DNA from: Candidatus Eiseniibacteriota bacterium
GTDB lineage: Bacteria; Eisenbacteria; RBG-16-71-46; CAVPCR01
Assembly (NCBI GenBank): GCA_963702435.1
Contig: CAVPCR010000004.1
Span: 352,001-416,000, forward strand
Direction of reading: 5' to 3'
Length of the DNA: 64,000 bases
Shown here piece after piece: positions 25,780 to 35,700 of this stretch; positions within the stretch are counted from its first letter, which is position 1; every line of letters begins with the position of its first letter. Under the pieces are notes generated by a model that saw nothing but the letters and a program-made list of their open reading frames with translations, was not told the origin of the DNA and made no database searches. Both the position numbers and the translations under genes were made by a program.

Positions 25780-26039
25780 CGGGAGCCGGGGGTGAATCGC
25801 GCCGGGACGGATCGCGGGGGCGGGGCGATCGCGAGGGCGCGAGCAGGGCGCGGTCCCGTCGCTCGAGCTGCCGGTGCGGAACCCAAGTGCAGCGACGGGA
25901 TGCCGCGAGACGCACTCGACGCTGATACATTATACACCACGCGCGAACCACGAGACGGACAGGGTGGTTCGGGGGCCGCCGGCCCGGGATCGCAGCGCGC
26001 CGCGGGCGGCCGGATGGCCCGGCGCGAGCGGGGTTTGGG

Positions 26040-26068
26040 TTGACGCACCCGGGCTTGCGGAGGACAAT
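26040..26068 (+). promoter_or_regulatory. Putative sigma70 promoter of the adhesin operon
   Basis: TTGACG-N17-GACAAT. Confidence 0.45.
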
Positions 26069-26226
26069 CGTGGGGTTAAGTCACCTTATCGGCCACCGAT
26101 GCGCCGCAGCGAGCGGCGGCTCCCGGTGCCCGTGAGTTCGGCGCCCGGCTCCCCCACGGGTGCGGCCGCGTGCGGGCGCCGGGTCGGCATCGTGGGCGGC
26201 CCCGGGCCGCGGCCTCCGTCAAGACC

Positions 26227-27588
26227 ATGTCCCAATCCTGTCCCCCCAACGCCCGTCGCAGAGCGCGCCTGATCCTCCTCCTGGTGCTCGTCCCGGCTTT
26301 CGCCGGGACGGCCTGTGTTCCGGTCTACGAGCGGCGACTCGACGCGCTCCGCGACGCGGGCGATCTCGCTTCCGCCGCCGACCTCCTGGCCGATGCTGGG
26401 GCCCGCGCTCCCGAGAACCCCGGCATCCGCCGGGAGACGGGGATTCTCTTCTTCGAGCGCGGCGAGACGGAGGAGGCGATCGCGGAGCTCGAGAAGTCCC
26501 TGGCGCTGGACCCGACCGATGCGCGCGCCGCGGTCTACCTCGGTGCTGCGTACGAAACGGCGGGACGCTTCAGCGAGGCCGCGGCGTGCTACCGGCAGGC
26601 GGCTGCTACATCCACGGCAGACGCCGGCGTCGCGGCGGCCCTCGCCTGCCAGCGGAGTCTCGTCGAGTCGCGCCATCTCGGGGATCTGATCGCCGCACGC
26701 CTCGCCGCGGAGAAGGCCGGCACCCTGCCCGCGGCAGAGCGGATCCTCTTCCTGCCGTTCTCCGTGTACGGCACGAACCCGGAGGCGATGACCCTCCGCC
26801 TCGGGCTCGCGGCGGTGGCGAGCGCCGACTGGCGGGGGACTCCGCCGGCAGTCCCATTCGCCGAGCTGGATGCCTTGTTCGCGGCGCTCGGTGTGCCGAC
26901 CGAACGCACGATCGACGCGGAGATGCAGGAGCGCCTCGCGCGTCTCACCGGCGCGCGCTATGTGATCACCGGTCAGATCTCGGAGCTGCGCGAGCTCGTT
27001 TCGGTGGCTCCGGTCCTCATCGATCGCGGCGCTCCGGCCGGCGCGGATTCGTCGGGGGCGGAATCCGGCGCAGCATCGGCGCAGGAGACGCGTCTCGCCT
27101 ACCAGCAGGAGCATGTCGGTGCGCTCGTGGTGCTCGAGGAGGAGCTCCTGCAGAATGTCGCCTCGGCCCTCGCCGTCGAGCTCGCGGCGGCGGATGCCGC
27201 TGCCGCCCGCCGCTTCTCGGCGCGCAGCGGCCAGGCCATCGCCCTCTACGGTGAGGCGCTCTTCCTCGAGCGATCGGGGGATCCGGCCGCCGCCGCCGAG
27301 CGACTTGCCGCGGCGACCGCTCTCGATCCGGAGTTCGATCTCGCGCGTGATGCGAGTCTCCGTCTCTCATCCTGCCCTGGCGCGGCCGGGGACCCGGCCG
27401 CTCTCATCAGCTCCTACGAGCGCGCGCGCCGGGAGATGGCCGGAGACGACCGCGAGCGCGAGCTCCTCGCCGGGACCACGGAGACCGTGGGGCGCGTCGG
27501 CGGCGCGGAGGGCGAGAGCGACAACTACTCGGTCAACCGGGCGGGTTCCTCGGGGTCGGCGGTGTTCCCGGTGCGGCTGCCGCGATGA
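26227..27588 (+). CDS. TPR lipoprotein with CsgG/TolB-N-like domain
   Basis: Lipobox AGTA-C; TPRs (GETEEAIAELEKSLALDP..YLGAAY); ILFLPF..GLA..LARLTGARYVITG; C-terminal TPR ALDPEF..AR. Confidence 0.7.
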   Translation: MSQSCPPNARRRARLILLLVLVPAFAGTACVPVYERRLDALRDAGDLASAADLLADAGARAPENPGIRRETGILFFERGETEEAIAELEKSLALDPTDARAAVYLGAAYETAGRFSEAAACYRQAAATSTADAGVAAALACQRSLVESRHLGDLIAARLAAEKAGTLPAAERILFLPFSVYGTNPEAMTLRLGLAAVASADWRGTPPAVPFAELDALFAALGVPTERTIDAEMQERLARLTGARYVITGQISELRELVSVAPVLIDRGAPAGADSSGAESGAASAQETRLAYQQEHVGALVVLEEELLQNVASALAVELAAADAAAARRFSARSGQAIALYGEALFLERSGDPAAAAERLAAATALDPEFDLARDASLRLSSCPGAAGDPAALISSYERARREMAGDDRERELLAGTTETVGRVGGAEGESDNYSVNRAGSSGSAVFPVRLPR

Positions 27589-28778
27589 AGCGGATCAGCA
27601 CATGCTTCGCGCTCGCCGGGCTCGTGCTGGCGATGCCTGCGGTCGCCGACCAACCCGGACCGGAGCCGCTGGTCATGGCCCCCGCGTCCGAGCTCCTGCC
27701 CGGGGATCGCGTGTTCCCGCTGGCGGTGGCCGCGACCGAGGTCGAGATGGCCCTCGACTACCGGACGTGGTCGGTCGAGGAGGAGAACGGCGAGTCGAGC
27801 GTCGACCAACTCGCGTTCCCCGTGGTCGTGCGAAGCCGGCTCCACGCCAATCTCGATTTCTCCTACCTCTTCACCGTCGCCTCGTCCTCGCTCGACTTCG
27901 AGAGCGGGGGCGACGATCTCTCCGGCATCACCGACGGCAAGCTCGGCGTGACCTATCTCCTGCCCGATCGCCGCTTCTCGCTCGGCTTCGGCCTGCGCAT
28001 CCCGTCCGGCGAGAGCGAGCTCGATCCCGGCGAGGAGACCGTGGCGCAGGTCCTGAACGACCGCATCCTCGGCTTTCGCGTGAAGCGGTACGGCGAGGGT
28101 CTCGACGTCGAGATGCGCGGCGGCTACGCGACGACCCTGGGCAGCCGGACGGCGGTGGCCGCCGCCGTCTCGTACCTGGTGAAGGGGAACTTCCCGATCC
28201 TCGACCCCTCGACTGAGGCGGAGTCCACCTACGAGCCGGGGAGCGAGTTCTCCGTCGTGGGGCAGATCAGCTCCCGCGCTGCGGCCCGCGACTTGAGCGG
28301 CCGGCTCCGCATCGCCGCCTACGGCCGCGACCGGCGGGACGGGGTGGACGAGATCGAGGAGGCAGCCGAGGTGGAGCTCGACCTCGGCGTGGTCGAGGAG
28401 CACCTGGCCGGCGTCGTGGTGCTCGACACATCGTTCCTGCTCAAGGGGAACACGCAGATCCTGAGCGCGGACGGGCTCACTCCGGTGCGCGATGTCGGCG
28501 GCAACATCTGGCGTCTCGGCGGCGGATTCTACGGAAAGCTCGATGCACGGAGCGAGCTCGGAGGGCGGGCCGACCTGAGCCTGTACGGAGAAGGCGAGCA
28601 AGGGACCGGCGACGGTCTCGTCTTCGCGATCGGCCCCCGTTACCGCCGCGACCTGGGCGGCGGTCTTGCCGCGGGTCTCGGCTACACCTTCTCCGTGGGC
28701 AACACCGAGGACGGCACGATCGATCTGACCGGGCACGATCTGACGGTCACGCTCGGCTACGGCTGGGGGCGGCGATGA
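27585..28778 (+). CDS. Putative outer-membrane beta-barrel protein
   Basis: Signal peptide, alternating hydrophobic beta-strands, LSGITD..LGVTY, GLRIPSG and C-terminal LTVTLGYGW. Confidence 0.65.
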   Translation: MKRISTCFALAGLVLAMPAVADQPGPEPLVMAPASELLPGDRVFPLAVAATEVEMALDYRTWSVEEENGESSVDQLAFPVVVRSRLHANLDFSYLFTVASSSLDFESGGDDLSGITDGKLGVTYLLPDRRFSLGFGLRIPSGESELDPGEETVAQVLNDRILGFRVKRYGEGLDVEMRGGYATTLGSRTAVAAAVSYLVKGNFPILDPSTEAESTYEPGSEFSVVGQISSRAAARDLSGRLRIAAYGRDRRDGVDEIEEAAEVELDLGVVEEHLAGVVVLDTSFLLKGNTQILSADGLTPVRDVGGNIWRLGGGFYGKLDARSELGGRADLSLYGEGEQGTGDGLVFAIGPRYRRDLGGGLAAGLGYTFSVGNTEDGTIDLTGHDLTVTLGYGWGRR

Positions 28779-28843
28779 TCCCGCGCGCGGCGACGGTCCT
28801 GCGCGCAGCGATGATCCCGCGCGCGGCGATGGTCCTGCGCACG
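28772..28843 (+). repeat. Four 18-bp (two 36-bp) tandem units at the 5' end of the cohesin lipoprotein gene
   Basis: gcgatgatcccgcgcgcg/gcgacggtcctgcgcgca/gcgatgatcccgcgcgcg/gcgatggtcctgcgcacg; duplicates the ATG context (MIPRAA.VLR twice). Confidence 0.8.
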
Positions 28844-29725
28844 AGGCCCCGGCGCGCGCGTTGCGTTACCGCGCTCGGCCTCCTGGCCGTCCTGCTCCTC
28901 GCCGCGCGCTGCGCCGACGATCCCGCCGTCGCTCCCTTCCTGCCGCCCGGCGAGGCGGCGATCGAGCTCCGGCTCCTGGCCGGCGAGCTGGCGCCTCCTC
29001 CCGCGCCCGGCGCCCCGGCGGGGCCGGGGGTCGCCCCCTGCGAGCCGCCGCTGCCGGGTCTCGGGGACGTGGTCGCGGTCGAGATCGTGCTGCGCGCCGG
29101 GAGCGGCGAGGCGCAAACGCACAGCTTCGAGATCCCGGCCCACACCGAGTCGAGCGAGCTCGTGATCGACGGACTCGCGGCCGGCAACGGCTATCGCGCG
29201 ACCGTTACCGCGAGCGTGGACAAGGAGCCGCTGTTCACGGGCGAGAGCGGCGTCTTCGCGGTGCAGCCGGGCAGCCGCGCCACCGTCGCCGTCCCCCTCC
29301 TGCCGGTCGGCCGCCGCGCCGTGCTCGCGGTCGGGAAGCCCGCTCCCTCCGGGGACGACGTGATCCTGCCCATCCTGGCTGCGAACTCGCTCCCGCTCCG
29401 CGGGGTCGAGCTCGATCTCTGCTACGACCCCGCCGTGCTCCTCCCGATCGGGGCGGCGGCGGCAGGATCGCGCGTCGCCGCCTTTCGCGGCGCCGGCGGC
29501 GAGCCCGTGGAGAGCGGTATCTATCGCGCCGTTCTGTGGTCGGAGGACGGCGCGGCGCGCATCGGTGCCGGGCAGGACCAGGTTCTCGAGCTCCGTTTCC
29601 GTTTCCAGGCCGGTGTGCCGGCCGGCACCGTGACCGACCTCGTCTTCGTCGCTGCCCTGGTCGCCGATGATGCTGCGGCGCCGCCGTTCGCGACGTACTT
29701 CCTCGACGGGCAGGTGACGCGATGA
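28775..29725 (+). CDS. Lipoprotein with C-terminal cohesin-like domain
   Basis: LLLAARC lipobox-like; GDDVILPI..NSLPLRGVELDLCYDPAVL..IGAGQDQVLELRF..DGQVT matches the cohesin pattern. Confidence 0.7.
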   Translation: MIPRAATVLRAAMIPRAAMVLRTRPRRARCVTALGLLAVLLLAARCADDPAVAPFLPPGEAAIELRLLAGELAPPPAPGAPAGPGVAPCEPPLPGLGDVVAVEIVLRAGSGEAQTHSFEIPAHTESSELVIDGLAAGNGYRATVTASVDKEPLFTGESGVFAVQPGSRATVAVPLLPVGRRAVLAVGKPAPSGDDVILPILAANSLPLRGVELDLCYDPAVLLPIGAAAAGSRVAAFRGAGGEPVESGIYRAVLWSEDGAARIGAGQDQVLELRFRFQAGVPAGTVTDLVFVAALVADDAAAPPFATYFLDGQVTR

Positions 29726-32700
29726 ACGCCTCGTGCGGTCCGCGCCGCGCACTCAGGGCGTTGCCCGTCTGTCTGATGCTCGTGGCCACCGGTCTCGCGG
29801 CGGCCGCTGCGCCGGCCCGCGCCCAGAGCCCGCCCGTCTCGGTGCCCGGCGGACCCTATGCCGGCAACGAGGGCGAACTGATCGCCTTCGACGGCACGGG
29901 CTCCTTCGATCCCGACGGCGGCGCGCTGACCTACCTCTGGGATTTCGGCGACGGCGGGACCGCCACCGAGGCCGCGCCCACTCACACCTTCACGACCGGC
30001 GGCCTTTTCACGGTGACGCTCGTCGTGACTGACGGTGAAGACCTCTCCGATACCGGTACGACGTCGGCCGGCGTGAACGGGACGCCGGTGGCGGAGGCGA
30101 ACGGGCCGTACACGGGAAACGAGGGAGCGGCCATCAGCTTCTCGTCGGCGGGGTCGAGCGATCCGGACGGGGATGCGCTCACGTACCGGTGGACGTTCGG
30201 GGACGGGGCGACCTCGACGGCGGCGAACCCGACGCACACCTACGTGACGGGCGGGCCGTTCACGGCGACGCTGCAGGTGACGGATCCGGGCGGGCTGTTC
30301 AACGAAGACACGGCGGCGGTTACGGTGAACGGGACGCCGGTGGCGGAGGCGAACGGGCCGTACACGGGAAACGAGGGAGCGGCCATCAGCTTCTCGTCGG
30401 CGGGGTCGAGCGATCCGGACGGGCAGCCGCTCACCTATCGGTGGGACTTCGGGGATGGGGGGACATCCACCCAGGCCAATCCGAACCACACGTACACAAC
30501 CGGTGGGACCTTCGCAGTGACGCTCCGCGTCACCGATCCCGACGACCTCTTCGACGAAGACACGACGACGGCAACCGTGAATCGGCCGCCGGTGGCGGAG
30601 GCGAACGGGCCGTACACGGGGAACCAGGGCCAGTCGATCGCGTTCTCATCGGCGGGGTCGAGCGATCCCGACGGGGATGCGCTCACGTACCTGTGGACGT
30701 TCGGGGACGGGGCGACGTCGACGGCGGCGAATCCGAGCCACACCTACGCGACGGGCGGGGTATTCAGTGTCGTCCTCCGCGTCACCGACCCTGACAATCT
30801 GTTCGATGAGGACACGGCGACGGCGACGGTGAACCGGCCGCCGGTGGCGGAGGCGAACGGGCCGTACGCGGGGAACGAGGGAGCGTCCATCAGCTTCTCG
30901 TCGGCGGGATCGAGCGATCCCGAGGGGCAGGCGCTCGCCTATCTGTGGACGTTCGGGGACGGGACGACGTCGACGGCGGCCAATCCCAGTCATGCTTACA
31001 CGCCGGGCGGCGCCTTCAACGTGACGCTCCGCGTGACCGATCCCGGTGGGCTCTTCAGCGAGGACACGGCGACGGCGACGGTGAACCGGCCGCCGGTGGC
31101 GGATGCGAACGGGCCGTACACGGGGAACGAGGGAGCGTCCATCAGCTTCTCGTCGGCGGGATCGGGCGACCCGGACGGGGGCGCCGTGACCTATCGCTGG
31201 AACTTCGGGGACGGGTCGACCTCGACGGTGGCGAACCCGAGCCATACCTACGCGACCGGGGGCGTGTACACGGTGACGCTCGTGGTCACCGATCCAGGCG
31301 GGTTGACCGCGACGGATCTCACGAGCGCGACGGTGAGCGGGACGCCGGTAGCGGAGGCGAACGGGCCGTACACAGGGAACCTGGGCCAGGCGATCGCGTT
31401 CTCGTCGGCGGGGTCGAGCGATCCCGACGGGCAGCCGCTCACGTATCTGTGGACGTTCGGGGACGGGACGACGTCGACGGCGGCGAATCCGAGCCACACC
31501 TACGCGACGGGCGGGGTATTCAATGCCATCCTTCGCGTGACCGACCCGGGCGGGTTGTTCGATGAGGACACGGCGACGGCGACGGTGAACCGGCCGCCGG
31601 TGGCGGAGGCGAACGGGCCGTACGCTGGGAACCAGGGCGCACCGATCGCGTTCTCGTCGGCGGGATCGAGCGACCCGGAGGGGCAGGCGCTCACGTACCT
31701 GTGGACGTTCGGAGACGGGACGACGTCGACGGCGGCCAATCCCAGTCACGCTTACACGCCGGGCGGCACCTTCGACGTGACGCTCCGCGTGACGGACCCG
31801 GGGGGGCTCTTCAGCGAGGACACGGCGACGGCGACGGTGAACCGGCCGCCGGTGGCGGAGGCGAACGGGCCGTACACGGGAAACGAGGGAGCGACCATCA
31901 GCTTCTCGTCGGCGGGATCGGGCGACCCGGACGGGGGCGCCGTGACCTATCGCTGGAACTTCGGGGACGGGTCGACCTCGACGGTGGCGAACCCGAGCCA
32001 TACGTATGCGACCGGGGGCGTGTACACGGTGGCGCTCGTGGTCACCGATCCAGGCGGGTTGACCGCGACGGATCTCACGAGCGCGACGGTGAGCGGGACG
32101 CCGGTAGCGGAGGCGAACGGTCCTTACGGAGCGAACCTGGGCCAGGCGATCGCGTTCTCGTCGGCGGGCTCGATCGATCCGGACGGGCAGGCGCTCACGT
32201 ACCTGTGGACGTTCGGAGATGGGACGACCTCGACCGGGGAGAACCCGAGCCACACCTACGCGACGGGCGGGGTATTCAATGTCGTCCTTCGCGTGACCGA
32301 CCCGGGCGGGTTGTTTGATGAGGACACGGCGACGGCGACGGTGAACCGGCCGCCGGTGGCGGAGGCGAACGGGCCGTACGCTGGGAACCAGGGCGCGCCG
32401 ATCGCGTTCTCGTCGGCGGGATCGAGCGACCCGGAGGGGCAGGCGCTCGCCTATCTGTGGACGTTCGGGGACGGGACGACGTCGACGGCGGCCAATCCCA
32501 GTCACGCTTACACGCCGGGCGGCACCTTCAACGTGACGCTGCGCGTGACGGACCCGGGCGGGCTCTTCAGCGAGGACACGGCGACGGCGACGGTGAACCG
32601 GCCGCCGGTGGCGGAGGCGAACGGGCCGTACGCGGGGAACCAGGGTGCACCGATCGCGTTCTCGTCGGCGGGATCGAGCGACCCGGAGGGGCAGGCGCTC

Positions 32701-35700
32701 GCCTATCTGTGGACGTTCGGGGACGGGACGACGTCGACGGCGGCCAATCCCAGTCACGCCTACACGCCGGGCGGGACGTTCACGGTGACGCTGCGCGTCA
32801 CGGACCCGGGCGGGCTCTTCAGCGAGGACACGGCGACGGCGACGGTGAACCGGCCGCCGGTCGCCGATGCGAACGGGCCGTACGCGGGGAACGAGGGCCA
32901 GCCGATCGTATTCTCATCGGCGGGATCGAGCGACCCGGAGGGACAGGCGCTCACGTACCTGTGGACGTTCGGGGACGGAGCGACGTCGACCGCGGCGAAT
33001 CCGAGCCACACCTACGTGACGGGCGGGACGTTCAACGTGACGCTTCGCGTCACCGATCCGGGCGGTCTCTTCACCGAGGACGCGACACAGGCCGCCGTCG
33101 GCCGCACCCCCGTCGCCAACGCGAACGGGCCGTACACGGGGAACGAGGGCCAGCCGATCGCGTTCTCATCGGCGGGTTCGGGCGATCCCGACGGGCAGCA
33201 GATCACGTACCTGTGGACGTTCGGGGACGGAGCGACCTCGACCGCGGCGAATCCGAGCCACACCTACGTGACGGGCGGGACGTTCACGGTGACCTTGCGC
33301 GTCACCGATCCCGACAATCTCTTCGCCGAGGACACGGCGCAGGCGCGGGTGAACCGGACGCCGGCGGCGGAGGCGAACGGGCCGTACAGCGGCAACCCCG
33401 GCGCTCCGATCGCGTTCTCGTCGGCAGGGTCGAGCGATCCGGACGGCGACGGGCTCACCTACCGCTGGAGCTTCGGGGACGGGGCGACCTCGACGCAGGC
33501 GAACCCGAGCCACGCGTACGCGGCGGGCGGGACGTACACGGTCACGCTCCGCGTGACCGACCCCGGCGGCCTGTTCAACGAGGATACGGCGCAGGCCGTG
33601 GTGAACCGCCCGCCGGTGGCCGAGGCGAACGGGCCGTACGCGGGGAACCAGGGAGCAGCCATCAGCTTCTCGTCAACGGGGTCGAGCGATCCGGACGGGC
33701 AGGCACTCACGTATCTGTGGACCTTCGGCGACGGCACGACCTCGACCGCGGCGAACCCGACGCACTCCTACACACCGGGCGGCTCGTTCATCGCGACGCT
33801 CCGCGTCACCGATGCCGGCGGCCTGTTCGCCGAGGACACGGCGCCGGTGGCGGTGAATCGCCCGCCCGTCGCCGACGCCGGACCGGCTCTCTACACCACC
33901 GATCGCGGCGTCCCGGCGAGCTTCTCGTCCGCGGGGTCGAGCGATCCGGACGGCGATCCGCTCACCTATCTCTGGGAGTTCGGGGACGGGACGACCTCGA
34001 CCCAGGCGAACCCGACGCACATCTACACCGCGGGCGGGGCCTTCACGGTGAACCTCCGGGTGCGCGATCCGGGAGGTCTCACCGGCACCGACCTGGCAGC
34101 CATGTCCGTGAACGACCTCGCGGTCACTGCACCGGCGACGGGTGCGGTGTGGTCGGAGGGCTCGACCCAGACCATCACCTGGAGCGTCGTCGGCACGGTG
34201 GACACCGTCGTCGTCGAGTATCGGACCGGCGCCGCCCTGCCCTGGATCCCGCTCGGCACGGTGATCCGCGACACCGAGCTAGAGTGGCAGGTGCCCGACA
34301 TCGGCACCAGCGACGAGACGGGCGTGCGGGTCCGCGTGCGCCGCCCGAACGGATTGCTCTCCGACCCGAGCGATCCCTTCACCATCCGGAACCGCGTGCT
34401 CCTCGTCACCGCGCCCGGGGGCGATGCGATCTACGAGACGGAGGGGACCAACATCGCGTGGACGAGCGTCGGTTTCATCGAGCGGGTGAATCTCCAGTAC
34501 CGTCTCGCGCCGGGGAGCCCGTGGCTCCCGATCGCGGCCGATGAACCGGATGACGGGAGCTTCGCCTGGACCCTCCCCGAGGTGACGTCGGATCAGGAGC
34601 GCGCGCAGGTCCGGGTGCTCGATGCCGCCGATACGCTCGCCACATCGGACGCGAGCGCGGAGTTCGCGATCCTCGATCGCACGCTCGCCGTCGATTCGCC
34701 TGACCTTGGCGTCGTCTGGTCGGAGGGGACCACGCAGACGATCGCCTGGACCGTGGACGGGCCGGTGGACTCGGTGGCGATCGAGTTCCGCCGGAGTCCC
34801 CTCGACGGCTACGAGCAGATCGCGCGCCGCCGGGCGAGCGCGGGCAGCTACTCCTGGTCGGTGGCGGGAGTCACGGCCGACGCCCCCGAGGCGCAGGTAC
34901 GCGTGCGCGAGACCGCAACGCGCATCGATCCGGTCGCCGGCGTGTCCCCGGTGTTCACGATCCAGAACCGCACGCTCGCGATCACCGCCCCGGTCGCCGG
35001 CGAGGAGATCTCCGAGCGCGCGCCGTACACGATCCGCTGGCAGAGCGCGGGACGTATCGACAACGTGCGCGTCGAGTACCGGCTGCAATCGGCCGCTCCG
35101 TGGCAGGAGATCGCGGCGTCGGCGCCGAACACGGGTGCCTACCTGTGGGCCGACCCGCCGGAGGTGACGAGCGACGAGAGCGCGGCGGAGATCCGGGTGA
35201 CCGATGTGGCCACGGTTCCCGATCTCACGCAGACCGTGAGTCCGCCGTTCACGCTCGTCGACCGCGTGCTCGCGCCGACCGCGCCCGCGCCCGGAGCCGT
35301 CGCCTGCGAGGCGGATACGCTCACGATCGCCTGGGGCTCGCGCGGGGCGATCCCGAACGTGACGATCGAGTGGCGGCTCGATCAGGGCTCGCCGTGGCAG
35401 CCGGTGGCGACGAACATCTCGAACACGGGATCGGCAGTCTGGTCGACGCCGGATCTCCCGGCGACAGCAGATGCGGTCGAGCTCCGCCTGCGCCATGCGA
35501 CCGACCCGAGCGTGGTCGCCGCCTGGGGGCCCGTAACGCTCCGGAACCGCACGCTCGCGTTCCTCCGGCCGCTCGGCGGCGAGGTCTACTCAGAGGGCGA
35601 CGCGGTGCCGGTGAGCTGGAGCTCCGATTGCATCGATTCGGTGCGCGTCGAGGCCCGCGTCGACGCCGAGTCACCGTGGCAGCTCCAGGGCCCCGGCGTG

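Noticed and set aside
29830..34116. CRISPR- or DGR-like repeat region
   Set aside because: In-frame 252-bp domain repeats; differences are not adenine-specific and there is no reverse transcriptase.
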